A stretch of 64,000 nt of DNA from sequence record PV805632.1. One strand, 5' to 3'. Under the pieces are notes generated by a model. That model saw only the letters and a program-made list of their open reading frames with translations, was not told the DNA's origin and did no database searches. This DNA is from a phage. The position numbers were made by a program, and so were the translations under genes. Shown in pieces: positions 37,501-48,352 of this stretch (its first letter is position 1; each line of letters opens with the position of its first letter).

Positions 37501-40500
37501 GCACCCATGATGGTATCGAACTTCTGCTGTGCATAGTAACGGTCAGCAGGGTTAGTACTATCTGGGTCAGTCATGAATGATTCAACAGTCAGGTTCTTAG
37601 TAACGTGTGCATAGTATTCCTGTGCACGAGAAAGAGCAGCCGGACTAATAGCAGCTTCAGTAGCGAGTGCAGCAACAATGTTAGTAAAGAGACGCTGCTC
37701 CTGCATATTCATAGTGAAGCCATGAGCCTGAACATCACGGGTTACTTTAGTTGCGTGCTTTTTCGCATCAGAGAACTTACCTTCACGGATTACTTGCTGT
37801 ACTGGTTCTGAACCAATGTAGTTAGTAATCAGCTTATCAAATGTCTGTCCTAACTCTTCCAGACGGGTATTGTCACCATATGCTTTGTTATGGAACAAGG
37901 TAGTATCTTTGGCTACAGCAGCCGTAGGAGCCTGTCCACGCATAACTACTGAAGAGTTAAACAGTAAGCCAGAGAACATATCATCTGCATTAGCAGGTGC
38001 TTTCTTGCGACCAAATACCAGACGTTTGATTGCTTCATATACTGACTGAACCATGGCTTTCAGTGCAGTGGTCTTCTTCTGCTTACTAATTAATTCACGG
38101 TTAGTTAAGCCCCAAGCCATGTACTCATTCAGTGCAGCAGCTTTAGCCATTGCTGGTTCAATAAAGCCGTTAGACAAGTGACCATTAATGGTATTAAGTG
38201 CATCAGCATATGCTTCACGTACTGCCGGAGATTCATCCATAACATCCAGATTACGGAACTGGTTCATCAAGTCTTCAATATTCTGGACTGCTTCATTAGG
38301 AGTACCCTCATAGTGAGCCAGTACAGATTCAAAAGTAGAAGCATGTACTAATTCATGAACCAGAGTCTCTAGGGAAGGGGTAACTAAGTAGATGGTTTTA
38401 TCATCAAAGTTAGTCCAGCCATACGCATTACCAGCTTCGGCAGCTTCAATATCTTCCGGTGCTGGACGAGTAATGTTCTTCTCAATAGCATAGGCATCCA
38501 GTTGAGCAGGAGTACCGTAAACAACTTTGTAGTCTTTAGCAGCAAGGGATTTCTGTATCTCTTTCAATACTGCTTGCTGTTCTGGAGACATCTCTTTAGC
38601 CAGCTTGGTAATAGCAGTATTAGACAATAGACGTACACCAGACTTAAGTACACGACCAACTTGTTCCATTGCTGGCACTTCTTTAACAGGTGCTTCTTTA
38701 GTAGGTACTTCTTTCACTGGATCTGCTTTAGCAGCACGTACTGCATCACGACGCTTATTTAATTCAGCATCAAACAGTTCGTTCAGCTTAGCTACTTGCT
38801 GGTCTACAGTCAGTCCCTCAAGAGAAATTTTACCGTTGTTCACATAAGGAGCACCTACAGCAGCCATCTGGTCAACAGTGGTCTGTACCTGGTTCATTAC
38901 TTTGTGGCGAATATCCACACTTAAAGCAATGTTACGCAGGTTACGCTCAATAAGGTTAACACCTGAATTCTTAATCATATCAATCTTATACTGCCTGTCT
39001 CCCTCAACGCGACTGATATGAGAAAGCTGTTCAAAATCTAAAGCGGAACGGGCAATGTCATCAATTGTCTTATCTGACAACTTATCAAAGTCTACATTCT
39101 TCAAGAACTCAGAGAAGGATTCATATACAGCCTTGATAGGATTCCCCTGCCAGGAAGTGTATACAGCCTCGTTTGCTTTACGACTTGCATCAGTGATGTC
39201 ACTAATACCAATGTTCATACCATCAAAGATTTTCAGGGTATTCTTCGGAGCACCTTTCATAGTAGAAAGGGTCTGCATCATCATGCCATCACCAGTACCG
39301 ATGGTCATAAATGGAATACCTGCAACACCTGCTTGTGAAGGAGCATAGATGCTCATTGGCACACGCATACGGTCATCTAAGTTGGTAGCCAGTACTTGGT
39401 TAGCAACGTCAGTACTCTCACTGCCAGCAAGGTAGAAAGTCTGTGAGCCAGTCTCAATCATTGGAGCCAATGGAGATAATGATTCCTGGATTTCATTCAG
39501 TTCTTTCTGTGTTAAGAAATCACCCTTCTTCCAGGTTGGGTCTTTTTCTTTTTCTGCTAGCTTAGCCTGTACTGCTTGCTGGAACATATCCTGCAATACC
39601 AGAGACTGAATCTGAGTAGCCTTCTGCAAGTTCTCAGTAGAGTACATCAGACCTTCACCAACAGTATTACGGATACCGGTACGCATTGGCTCAACGAACA
39701 AATGGAGCATGTTCTCTTGTAAGTTCTTCAGAGCATTACCGGATACGGTAAATTTCTGAGGGTCTAACTTACCAGTCAGAGCACCATCTACTTCCTTAAT
39801 AAATAACTTACCTTTGCGCTTAGCTGGAATTTTACCAGTCAGTGCTTCCATAGAAGTAAGGAAGGTATCCAGCATAGCCTGAGCATCTGCCTCAGACGCA
39901 GCCTCTTTACCAAACATTGCCATAGCCGGGGAAATGCTGGGGTCAGCAGCACGTGCTTGCAGAACGTCGCTGAAACGTTCGTAGATGGTGTCAGTAATTG
40001 CACCGACTATATTACCAGCAATACCACGTGCACCAGCACCATAGATGGTAATGGTCAGGGGGTTTTTAGCGATGCCACGTTTCAGGTCCAGAGTACCATC
40101 TTCATTCAGGTTAAAGTCTTTAATGAACAGGTCCATTAACTTCTGGAGATGATTTATCTGGTTTATAACTGGAACGTTGTTACGGTAAGTAGTACGTAAC
40201 GCATTCAGTGCTTGTTGCAGACCATTGGTAGATGCTTCATACAAGTCAACATTATCGTCGATAGAACAATGTTCGTTCATCGTTTTACCAGCACGACCGA
40301 AGAACAAACCACCTTTGGCAGTATTCTTAATCCAGTCTGGGGTGAACTTACCACCAGTCATTAATACCATTGCGTTGATTGGGCCGTTGGTTACACCATC
40401 AGCTTCAACGTACAGAGGGGTAGTAAAATTAGCACGGTCATCACTGTTCAGGTAACGGGCATATTCCATCAGGGCCATGAGAGCTACGAAGGATTTGTTA

Positions 40501-43500
40501 TCACCCAGAGAGGTTTTCAGAATATCTACTGCATCAGTAGGTAAATAACCAGACTTATCAAACTCAACCATCATATCAACAGCAGGTTTCAAATTACCTT
40601 CCAGAGCTTTGGTCAGATTTTCAGACATAGCTTCACGGGACATTTTATGTACCTTGATGCCCAATGCCTGAGCCAGACCTAACTGGAAGTCAGAGAATGC
40701 TTGGCTGTTTTCATTACTCAAGTCGATAGTGGAGAAGGTTGGCAGAATTGCTTCACGAACCAGTTTACTGGATTGTGGGTTATTCTTACCAAGCATCTGC
40801 ATACGACCTACACGGGTCATGTTGTAACCGTAGTGAATGGGGGTATCCAAACCATTCTCTTGTTCTTTTAGCTGATTAATTAAACCGAACAAAGAATCAT
40901 ATGCCATAGATACCGATAAGTTCTTACCTTCCAGAGATTTGGCAGTGTTTTCATTCAGCAAATCAGGATTAAGAGAACCAGCACCCATCAGTTCCAGAAT
41001 GCCGTCTCGGCCTAATGCTTCATAGAAGTTAACCATCGGCATGTGTACACGGAACTCCGTAGCCTGTTCAGCTTTCAAAGCAGCTTTCTGTTCCGGGGTA
41101 TTCCTAACAGCAGGGTTACGTAACTGAGTTTGAGCCACGGAAGGAATGTCATCACCGAAGTACGTTTTCTCTTCCGGATTTACCAGCACAGCTTCCTCAA
41201 TTGCTGTAGGGAAATTATTAATAGGGTCTTTATCTGCCAACTTATTAATAGTGTACAAACCAATAGTCTTATTAGAATCCGGGTCAATCTCAGACACATC
41301 CAGCATAGTCTCAGTAACTGCACCCATCTCGATGAGGGAAGACAGAATCTCTGTAGCCATTGCCACTGGAATACCCTTGGTATAACCCAGTGGTGCATTA
41401 GGGTTACGGTTTAAACCCCAGTAGGATTCAATCTTTTGAGCCAGTGAGTTAGTAGCCTCAATCAGAGTCTGGGCATTCTCGAACTCAGCCAGAATACTTT
41501 CTGGTAACAGAGATGCATCTACACCAGTAATAGCAGCCACGTCTTTCATATCTTTAATGGCAGCATTCTGTGTAGCAGTCAGTCGCCATTGCAGACCAGC
41601 AAGTACAGCAGTCTCTAACAACTGGTCATTGAACTTAAAGGTATCTCCATCTTTCTCTACGATGTTAAGTAACTTACCACCTACCCAACGGTTAGCCTCA
41701 GTACCTTCTGCAAAACGTTTACCAACATTTTTATTAGCAAGGAACTTAGCCAGTCGTTCAGACAGAGTAGCCTTCAGAGTTTCCCCAAAGTCCATCAAGT
41801 CTTGATAGCGTTCTAACACATCACCTGCGAGAACGTTATTTTCTTTTTGAGTGAACGCTTCAAAGCGAGCAGCAGAAGACAGTGCTTGCTTGATATCAGC
41901 CAAAGGAGATTCAGAACCAATGGTACGGGACTTAGGTTCTTCCGGTAGGGTAAATGCCTTCAGGAACTGGTTCGGTGTCTTCTCATTGTTATAGACAGGG
42001 AACACTGCTTCCATTCCAGAAAGGGGTTTGCCACCCACTGTATAATCTGCTTTCAGCTGAGCCAGTGATACTTCATCCTTCTCCACGTTGTTAGTGTTAC
42101 GACCAGTGGTATCTACACCAACCAGAATCTGTGCATTATTGGCTTCAACGAAAGACTGAACAGTATTGAATTGTTCAGCAGTCAGCTTCTGATTATCAAA
42201 CAGTTGCAGAGATACAAATGGTTGTTCACTGCCTTTATAGAAGGTAGAGCGAATAGCACCTGTATCCAGGGACATATCACGATACCCATCATGCCCAAAT
42301 ACGTCGGACAGGCTGATATGGTCGCCATTAGAACCAACCACAGTACCATCAGCAAACAGCCATGGACTCTCCCTACGATCACCATACTTATTAAGAGTTT
42401 CCTGTGAAATAGTATTTTCTTTCACATAGGCATCTCTTTCAGATTCAGTAGGTTGCTCGATGGTATCCTCATTAGTGGGGGTAGCATCATCTACAACCGG
42501 GCTAGTCTTTTCAGACTTAGGTACTTTCTCTTCCTGTACAGGTGTAACTTCTGGCTGGGAGAATGTATTACGTACATAGTTCATAAAATCATTACGTGCT
42601 TGAGAAGGAGAAGACCATACTTCCCGTGTGCTACGTAAACTAAAGATTCGACCTTCAGGAGTCATTACGTAAGGTACATTTGTTTTACCGTACTTAAATG
42701 AAGTGAGTACATCTGACTTACCAGTAACAGTGCTTTCCCCTGGAATGACAATAGTCTTACCACCAGTAGAGGGAACAGCACGAACACCCTCAATATCCTT
42801 ACCAAGAGAAATATACTCTTTACCGTTGTAATCAAAGTACTGACCTATCTGCATATAGGTAGCTTGTTGCTTACCAGTAAACTCAGCAGTTTTCATCTCC
42901 GGGCCGTTAGGTACAGACGTACTTTCAGACTTAGGCTTAGATACTTTCTCTGGTTCTGACTTAGACTCTACAGTGTTAGGAGCAGTTTTATTGTTTACCA
43001 CTGGTTTAGCTTTAGACTGTACAGTAGTAGTGTCCTCTTGCACTGGTGCAGGGGTTTCATCAACCTGATTCACTGGTTCATTAGTCTGTTGGGACTGAGT
43101 GGCATTAAGACCACCTTGACGGAACTCTTTAACTACCTGGGCAGCTGGCTTGTTCAGACGTGAATCCAACGAGGTAACTTTCACATGAGAAACATTAAGC
43201 TCCGGGTAAGCCGTAGCAAGTGCGTTAGCAATATCAGCTACGGTCTTAGCTTCCAGCGCTACTTGCTGGGCAAACTTAACAGACTTGGTATCATAAGGAT
43301 TAACACCGAGGCCAGTACGACTACGTACCCATTCACGCGTAGGCGTGAGAGCCTGATAATGAACAGACTTATTCTTATCCGCATTCCCCGAAATCAGATG
43401 CTCATTCAACGCTCCGACCTTATTCTGCATGTGCTGGGCGAACTTCATAAAATCGCTCAGATAAGCGGAGGCCAAATCGAAGTTACCAGAGTTATACGCA

Positions 43501-45815
43501 GAACGAATGCGTTTCGCATGTTGCAACGCAGAGTACTGTCCTTCATTAGAACGAGACTCGTCGGTTTTAATCTGTTTACTAACGATGTCTTGACGACGTA
43601 AGCCCAGTTCTTCTGCTTTAGCATCATACTCACGTGCACCCTGTAACAGAGCAGCAGCTGATTGCAGGGCAGCACGTTGACGATTATTCAGTGTAATCTT
43701 ACCCTCACTCGCATGCTTCAGAACCATGTTCACTGAATCTGCATCCAGTACTTCTGGAGACACATCAGCAGCCATAGCAATGTTGTTTGCTTGGGCTTGG
43801 TTAGCTTCTTCAGTAGCTTTCAGCTTACCTGCTTCAGCCTGTTCCTGAATCATAGAATGGATGGCACGGAATGCACGAAGTACTTTAGGGGTATTCTGTA
43901 TGTTAGCCATCAGACCGGAGAACTGGTCTACGATTGCAGCAGCAGGGGAACCTTGTTCCAGATTAGCCAGTGCACCTGGGTCACGGTTAATGAAGCTATC
44001 CATAGACATGATGTTGTCATACATCTGGATTGCAGCTTCCATTTGAACGTTAGGGTCTTCAGCAGTATTAACCAGGTCAGCCATCTTCTGAATAGCTTCC
44101 ACACGGTTAGTGGAACCAGAAACAGCTTCGCGGATTACTGGGTTAGCTTGCTCCAATTCTACTGGGTCAAACTTCATTGCCTGAGTTAAATCAGCAGCAT
44201 ACTGGGTAGCAGCAGCCTTCTCTTCTGGAGTGATATCCATTGCATCTACTGCTTCCTGTACAGTTGCTTGTGCTTGCTCTGCCTGAGCAGCAGCTTCCTG
44301 TGCAGCAGCATTAACCGTAGCATCAGCTACAGGGGATGCTTGTTCATTACGCTTAGCAACTTCTTCACCACGTTGAACCAGGATGTTAGTAAGAGGAGAT
44401 GCAGCTTTTGCTAATGTTTTACCAACCAGAGAAGCACCAGCCAGAGTAGTACGAAGAGCAGGGCCAGCAGCAGCACCGGCAGCTTTAACAGTTGCACCAG
44501 GAGCTTGAGCAACCCCAGCACTACCGAAGCCATAAAGTGCACCAAGACCAGCTTGCTCACCAACCCCTTTGAGAGTATCTCGGGATGCATCAACATTTTC
44601 CTTGATTGCACGGTTCTGGGCATACTGACCAAAGCCTGACTGAATACCTTCTTCAACTGTTTCACGTAGCATATTGGAACCAGCACCAGCCAGTGAACCT
44701 ACCTTAAGTGGGTTAAGTTCAAAGCGAGATACCAGTGGACCGGTAGCAGCAGCAACTGGAGCAGTTAAGCCAGCAGCAAGGATACCTGTTTCAGATGCAG
44801 TCTGACGACGTGCTTCATCAGGAGATAAACCATCGGCAATATGTTGTTGGTAAACAGGAGACTTACTTGCCAGTTCTGGATGGGACATCTTCATGATTTC
44901 AGAAGCAGTCTGTTGGTATGCACCACCAGCTTCCATAGCACCGATTGCAATAGCAGGTGCAGCAACACGACCAGTAGACAATGCAACCTGTGCAGGACGT
45001 GAACCCAACCCAGCAGCTAAGGTAATACCCTTAACAGCTTTATCACCACCTACCATTACTTTACCGAGTGCAGATACACCACGGATAAGTGGACCACCGG
45101 TAAAGAGGGAACCAACACCTTCACTCAGTCCATCTGAGGCAGCCATACCATTATCAAGTGTGTTAGCAACAGAGTCGAAAGCGTCACGACCAATACGAGA
45201 CAGGGAGGCAACCAAATCGCTCTCCCCGTTTTTGATATCCTGTTCATAGAGTTTCTGGTTCTTTTGGGCAGAAATCTGGTTCTGATTCTGAACAACTTTA
45301 CGGGTAGCATTCAGTGCATCAGACTGTAGATTGTGTACACCTTCATTCAACCAATCCATCCCGGAAGCAATGGTTGCCCCGGCATTATCATTGACCAGAC
45401 CTGCGCCAAGAGCAGCAATGCCCCCAAGGGTATTAGCAACACCAAGACCAACACCAGAAAGAGTATCGCCAAATGCTTCTGCGTTAGTACGCTGTTTAGA
45501 TAAGTCCTGACGTACAGCATCCGCAGCATTAGCTCGGCTATTAAGAATCTGTAAACCTTGCTCATTACCGTACTTATTAATGATTTCTAATGGGGAGGCT
45601 TGAGTGAAATCTGCCTGAAGTGAACCTGGTTCGAATGCACCGATTCCAAGATTACCTACTCGTCCAGTCTGGAGATTGTAAGCATTCTCTGGGGTTAATT
45701 GGAAAGGGTTTTGCCCTTGTGCAGCTTGCTTCTGAGAGGTTGCAGTAGAGACATCGACTTGCTTAGCATTAGTGATGCTGTCTGCGAAACCTGCCAGACG
45801 GTCAAATGTTGACAT
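34554..45815 (-). CDS. giant virion-encapsidated RNA polymerase (N4 vRNAP-like), about 3,750 aa
   Basis: single uninterrupted ORF of about 11.3 kb, the hallmark of N4-like phages; start set to ATG 45815 (MSTFDRL) with AGGAAA RBS; no catalytic motif verified by eye. Confidence 0.8.
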   Translation of the reverse strand: MSTFDRLAGFADSITNAKQVDVSTATSQKQAAQGQNPFQLTPENAYNLQTGRVGNLGIGAFEPGSLQADFTQASPLEIINKYGNEQGLQILNSRANAADAVRQDLSKQRTNAEAFGDTLSGVGLGVANTLGGIAALGAGLVNDNAGATIASGMDWLNEGVHNLQSDALNATRKVVQNQNQISAQKNQKLYEQDIKNGESDLVASLSRIGRDAFDSVANTLDNGMAASDGLSEGVGSLFTGGPLIRGVSALGKVMVGGDKAVKGITLAAGLGSRPAQVALSTGRVAAPAIAIGAMEAGGAYQQTASEIMKMSHPELASKSPVYQQHIADGLSPDEARRQTASETGILAAGLTAPVAAATGPLVSRFELNPLKVGSLAGAGSNMLRETVEEGIQSGFGQYAQNRAIKENVDASRDTLKGVGEQAGLGALYGFGSAGVAQAPGATVKAAGAAAGPALRTTLAGASLVGKTLAKAASPLTNILVQRGEEVAKRNEQASPVADATVNAAAQEAAAQAEQAQATVQEAVDAMDITPEEKAAATQYAADLTQAMKFDPVELEQANPVIREAVSGSTNRVEAIQKMADLVNTAEDPNVQMEAAIQMYDNIMSMDSFINRDPGALANLEQGSPAAAIVDQFSGLMANIQNTPKVLRAFRAIHSMIQEQAEAGKLKATEEANQAQANNIAMAADVSPEVLDADSVNMVLKHASEGKITLNNRQRAALQSAAALLQGAREYDAKAEELGLRRQDIVSKQIKTDESRSNEGQYSALQHAKRIRSAYNSGNFDLASAYLSDFMKFAQHMQNKVGALNEHLISGNADKNKSVHYQALTPTREWVRSRTGLGVNPYDTKSVKFAQQVALEAKTVADIANALATAYPELNVSHVKVTSLDSRLNKPAAQVVKEFRQGGLNATQSQQTNEPVNQVDETPAPVQEDTTTVQSKAKPVVNNKTAPNTVESKSEPEKVSKPKSESTSVPNGPEMKTAEFTGKQQATYMQIGQYFDYNGKEYISLGKDIEGVRAVPSTGGKTIVIPGESTVTGKSDVLTSFKYGKTNVPYVMTPEGRIFSLRSTREVWSSPSQARNDFMNYVRNTFSQPEVTPVQEEKVPKSEKTSPVVDDATPTNEDTIEQPTESERDAYVKENTISQETLNKYGDRRESPWLFADGTVVGSNGDHISLSDVFGHDGYRDMSLDTGAIRSTFYKGSEQPFVSLQLFDNQKLTAEQFNTVQSFVEANNAQILVGVDTTGRNTNNVEKDEVSLAQLKADYTVGGKPLSGMEAVFPVYNNEKTPNQFLKAFTLPEEPKSRTIGSESPLADIKQALSSAARFEAFTQKENNVLAGDVLERYQDLMDFGETLKATLSERLAKFLANKNVGKRFAEGTEANRWVGGKLLNIVEKDGDTFKFNDQLLETAVLAGLQWRLTATQNAAIKDMKDVAAITGVDASLLPESILAEFENAQTLIEATNSLAQKIESYWGLNRNPNAPLGYTKGIPVAMATEILSSLIEMGAVTETMLDVSEIDPDSNKTIGLYTINKLADKDPINNFPTAIEEAVLVNPEEKTYFGDDIPSVAQTQLRNPAVRNTPEQKAALKAEQATEFRVHMPMVNFYEALGRDGILELMGAGSLNPDLLNENTAKSLEGKNLSVSMAYDSLFGLINQLKEQENGLDTPIHYGYNMTRVGRMQMLGKNNPQSSKLVREAILPTFSTIDLSNENSQAFSDFQLGLAQALGIKVHKMSREAMSENLTKALEGNLKPAVDMMVEFDKSGYLPTDAVDILKTSLGDNKSFVALMALMEYARYLNSDDRANFTTPLYVEADGVTNGPINAMVLMTGGKFTPDWIKNTAKGGLFFGRAGKTMNEHCSIDDNVDLYEASTNGLQQALNALRTTYRNNVPVINQINHLQKLMDLFIKDFNLNEDGTLDLKRGIAKNPLTITIYGAGARGIAGNIVGAITDTIYERFSDVLQARAADPSISPAMAMFGKEAASEADAQAMLDTFLTSMEALTGKIPAKRKGKLFIKEVDGALTGKLDPQKFTVSGNALKNLQENMLHLFVEPMRTGIRNTVGEGLMYSTENLQKATQIQSLVLQDMFQQAVQAKLAEKEKDPTWKKGDFLTQKELNEIQESLSPLAPMIETGSQTFYLAGSESTDVANQVLATNLDDRMRVPMSIYAPSQAGVAGIPFMTIGTGDGMMMQTLSTMKGAPKNTLKIFDGMNIGISDITDASRKANEAVYTSWQGNPIKAVYESFSEFLKNVDFDKLSDKTIDDIARSALDFEQLSHISRVEGDRQYKIDMIKNSGVNLIERNLRNIALSVDIRHKVMNQVQTTVDQMAAVGAPYVNNGKISLEGLTVDQQVAKLNELFDAELNKRRDAVRAAKADPVKEVPTKEAPVKEVPAMEQVGRVLKSGVRLLSNTAITKLAKEMSPEQQAVLKEIQKSLAAKDYKVVYGTPAQLDAYAIEKNITRPAPEDIEAAEAGNAYGWTNFDDKTIYLVTPSLETLVHELVHASTFESVLAHYEGTPNEAVQNIEDLMNQFRNLDVMDESPAVREAYADALNTINGHLSNGFIEPAMAKAAALNEYMAWGLTNRELISKQKKTTALKAMVQSVYEAIKRLVFGRKKAPANADDMFSGLLFNSSVVMRGQAPTAAVAKDTTLFHNKAYGDNTRLEELGQTFDKLITNYIGSEPVQQVIREGKFSDAKKHATKVTRDVQAHGFTMNMQEQRLFTNIVAALATEAAISPAALSRAQEYYAHVTKNLTVESFMTDPDSTNPADRYYAQQKFDTIMGANNIEFDAQGRSSILPTFVGLAMVSEEVRNVLANIPVMKADKKSGNTVDAMLTNIGTAAMASLNARVAGDTKATNVQEGMDALAQTIMQTSLNAQSFYDSVATPSGNAIDRANQYLVDSIDVLSTRVLESAREVAANTKNPLVKGAAHAAQLMAAIATEKNGANVAEGVMVAMNQGKVWQPFHDLVNDLTGRTKSNASVYDLIKAVRAQVQADRQQFREHLPTTIASKFSRKLTKDEWKAMYTGMGKTDLAVLRDTMSLAEIRDLLSDQKIVDREVNKLEADLQKQAGRNWPLINRKSKQLAQYMINGTVGKNLLRNATAISRMLGERKTTRSIVDVAQLDKLITLYALEAMNKSDREMLSSLAQTEVEGMDFATSYLVGQRKDEMAKAKSNMRATLNQYKGYIPSETKQGVSLVVAEDSQFGDLIEKSYVRLSTYQGSSANRGLARSYYFAPVQAQAPFSQGILQNVRNTAGGVDLGTGFTMGSMVAGRITDKPSVDRIAKALARGERGNEPLLPVYNAKGDVVAYEESINPNMLKHIEGENHLARAIGVWRGRQVEEAKAQRFNDMLIENLYSMYKEDIKMSAANKSQYVNLFGSKLDPVTADALKLMNSETRRKAEKLFGEGELWVRRDMLNDALGYRAASIGDAWSGNSRWSPETLNTFKKAILGLAGNRAYKYLMGGENLVQNLVKDAKTLIVVKSVVVPVVNFLANLYQMVARGVPVKSIAKSIPRKTAEINQYLKSRLRQVDAEAELRAATNPNQIRKLKAEIQSITDSHKRMSIWPLIEAGEFSSIADAGIGRDDILITEGKLHEYMEKLADKLPKSVRAAGRYALITKDTALFQGIQKTVEYSDFIAKAIIYDELTQRKGKTREEALGRVTEEFINYDRLPGRFRGYMESVGLMWFYNFKIRSAKVAVSMIRNNPVHAAMAMLAPTPTMFGNVGLPIQDNIFSIAAKGSLDYSWGFGQGLRAHNLNPWINLVN

Positions 45816-45880
45816 AGCATGTTTCCTGTTCAAACTTATATCGTATATAGGTAACCTACTCTACAGTAAGCCAGTGTAAG

Positions 45881-45902
45881 AAAAAAGCCCCGTAGGGCTT
45901 TT
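45881..45902 (-). terminator. intrinsic terminator AAAGCCC-CGTA-GGGCTTT with U-tract on the - strand
   Basis: between upstream virion gene stop (45919) and virion RNAP start. Confidence 0.6.
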
Positions 45903-45918
45903 ATTAGTATGAAGTATT

Positions 45919-47865
45919 TTAAGGCATTTTCACATACCCAGGTATGCCTTGGGCTTGGCGTATATACCGTATAGCACGCTCCTGGTTTTCTTTCTCAGCC
46001 TCCCGATCTACAGAAGCCTGTGATCGAAAATTACGTGGAGCCAGGTTTTGAGGGTCAGCCTGAACTTGGCCCTGGGCATTTTTAAGCATTTCAGCAGCTC
46101 TACGTACTTGTTCCTGTCGTGCAGGTAACAGTGCAGTAAGTCCAGTCTGCCCAGTAGCAATCTTATTCTGAGTATTTGTCAGTGCAGCTACAGCAGCATC
46201 ATATGCAGTCTGTGCTGCCTGAATATTCTGCATAGCCTGAGCACGACCAAGGTTACGTACACTTGCTTCAAGGGGTTCACCACGTTTTAGCCCCTCAATC
46301 ATTTGGTCTACCTGACGGTCATTAAGTCGCAAGCCATTACCGGCTTCTGGGGTTTGTCCTATGGTTAGATAATCAATAAGACGTCCTGTATTACTTTCCG
46401 GTACGTTAGTCATTGCACGTTGAACAACAACACCTGCCATAGCCGGGGATACATTAGCACGCTGAGCAATATCATTGATACGAGCCACAACCCATTGTTT
46501 ATCTGCCCCCTTAAAGTCACCCTCTAGTAATCTGTTAGCAACTTCCCCAACAGTAGAAGTGTCATTTAAGGCAGGTAAATAATCGGGGGCAATACTTCCA
46601 GCATTGTCCTCCATAGAACGAGTACCAATCATACCGGTAGCCAGAGTAGATACTGCCTGATTGCCCTGAGCCATAGCAAGTGGGTCAGCCCCTACTTCAG
46701 CTTGAGCAATAACAGGTTTCATCTCTTCCCATGTCTTATCCTTATAAGCACCTGGAGTAGCGTTAGGCAGAGCAGCCCAGGTATCTTTAAGGTTACCGTT
46801 CTTACGAGCCTCGAAGATAGCCCTACCAATCTTATCCTGGTTCTCAGGAGAAAGAGGCTGGCTTTGCCAATCTGAACCAAGAACTTTGGGAGCGAAGTCT
46901 AGCAGAGTAGCTTGGTTAATCTGGAATGCACCAACAGGAGAAGCACCCTGCTTCGTCTTCATACTATCCTGGTGTTTAATTACATCACCAATACTCATTT
47001 GAGTAATAGGGGTAGATGTACCAGCAAACTGGTAAGTAACATCATAAGGGGAACCCTGACGAGTACCAGCAGTGCCTGGTGCAGACGTAGCACCAACATT
47101 GTTACCGTAAACACCTGGATATGCTCGTGCAAGCATTTCCTGCAAACGTGCCTGTGCAACCGGAGACAGATTCTTACTATAGGATTCTGCCAGAATACGG
47201 GCATCGTCAGCATTCTCAGCACCTCTAGTAATCAGTGCCATTACACCCGTAGCAGCCTGACTATCAGCATCATTACGTTGAGCAACACCCAAATCAAAAC
47301 GGTTCTGTGCCTGATTAATAGCCTGACCACTTTGGCCTTGAAGACGGCTCAGCATGTCCAATTGCTGGTCAGCAGGGAGTGCAGACAATGCATCGCGGGT
47401 CTGACTTAATGCAGCATTAATACGGTTCTGGTCTCCAGACTGATAAGCCTCAGACAGTAAACGAATAGCTGGGGAAGCATTATCTAATGCAGAGTTAGTA
47501 TCTTGTAACCGTCCAAGGTTATAAGAATTGTAGTCATTGGTTCCCTGCTGACCTTGTTGAGTCAGCAATGTACCTGCTCGCTCATCCAGGTTTTGGAGGG
47601 TACGCTGGTTTATCAATGAACGGTCAACCCCCTGAAATAATGCACCAGATGCCAAAGCATTACGGTACTCAGTAGGGTCTTGGTACTGCATAGCATTCAT
47701 CATGACGGCATTGCCAGCCTCCTGCTTGGCAGCGTTCTGGAAATTACCCAGTGCATCACTTAAGCCGGAGGTGGCGTTACCAATCATGCTACCAAATGTG
47801 CGAATGCTGTCACCAACTCCGGAGAAGTTAGGTGCATCAACATTTCTCCACGTTATCTGAGCCAT
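45919..47865 (-). CDS. virion protein (N4 gp51-like by position), 648 aa
   Basis: ORF track; AGGAAACC RBS; Gln/Ala/Asn-rich. Confidence 0.5.
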   Translation of the reverse strand: MAQITWRNVDAPNFSGVGDSIRTFGSMIGNATSGLSDALGNFQNAAKQEAGNAVMMNAMQYQDPTEYRNALASGALFQGVDRSLINQRTLQNLDERAGTLLTQQGQQGTNDYNSYNLGRLQDTNSALDNASPAIRLLSEAYQSGDQNRINAALSQTRDALSALPADQQLDMLSRLQGQSGQAINQAQNRFDLGVAQRNDADSQAATGVMALITRGAENADDARILAESYSKNLSPVAQARLQEMLARAYPGVYGNNVGATSAPGTAGTRQGSPYDVTYQFAGTSTPITQMSIGDVIKHQDSMKTKQGASPVGAFQINQATLLDFAPKVLGSDWQSQPLSPENQDKIGRAIFEARKNGNLKDTWAALPNATPGAYKDKTWEEMKPVIAQAEVGADPLAMAQGNQAVSTLATGMIGTRSMEDNAGSIAPDYLPALNDTSTVGEVANRLLEGDFKGADKQWVVARINDIAQRANVSPAMAGVVVQRAMTNVPESNTGRLIDYLTIGQTPEAGNGLRLNDRQVDQMIEGLKRGEPLEASVRNLGRAQAMQNIQAAQTAYDAAVAALTNTQNKIATGQTGLTALLPARQEQVRRAAEMLKNAQGQVQADPQNLAPRNFRSQASVDREAEKENQERAIRYIRQAQGIPGYVKMP

Positions 47866-47877
47866 GATGGTTTCCTA

Positions 47878-48339
47878 TTAACGGGTTAGTTTATTAGCTG
47901 CAATGTAAGCGTCAGCCGAAGACTGGTCACGGTTCTCTGCTGTAGCACGACTACGAGCACGGTCTTCCAGTGCAGTGTTATAAGACTTAATCTGATTATT
48001 CAGGTTAGTGTTAGTAACGCTCTTAGCAAAGTTCAACTGGTTTTTGGCTAACTTGTTAGCCTGGAAACCGCCATAGATATTGGCTAAGGAACCAAGTGCA
48101 TCCAGACCTAGTTGGAAGGTAGGAATGTTCATGCCCAATTGGTCAGTCAAGCCTGAATCGTTACCAGAACCAAACAAAGAACTATCCAAACTACCATTTA
48201 AAAAATCCATGCCAACTGTTTGTCCGGGCCGATAATTCATTGCCGGAGTACTAAAGTTTTGCTTCTGGTTGTTACCAGATAACCAGGACAAAGCCCCTGG
48301 CTGAAGGGTTTGGTTGCCTGTTAAGAATGACAAATCCAT
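47878..48339 (-). CDS. virion protein (N4 gp52-like by position and size), 154 aa
   Basis: ORF track 47878..48360; ATG 48339 preferred, AGGAGA 6 nt upstream. Confidence 0.5.
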   Translation of the reverse strand: MDLSFLTGNQTLQPGALSWLSGNNQKQNFSTPAMNYRPGQTVGMDFLNGSLDSSLFGSGNDSGLTDQLGMNIPTFQLGLDALGSLANIYGGFQANKLAKNQLNFAKSVTNTNLNNQIKSYNTALEDRARSRATAENRDQSSADAYIAANKLTR

Positions 48340-48352
48340 GGGGATTCTCCTG

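Noticed and set aside
35605-45565. Numerous 60-140 aa ORFs on the + strand inside the virion RNAP gene, and similar antisense ORFs inside other large genes
   Set aside because: All are embedded antisense or out-of-frame within long, clearly coding ORFs and have low-complexity translations.
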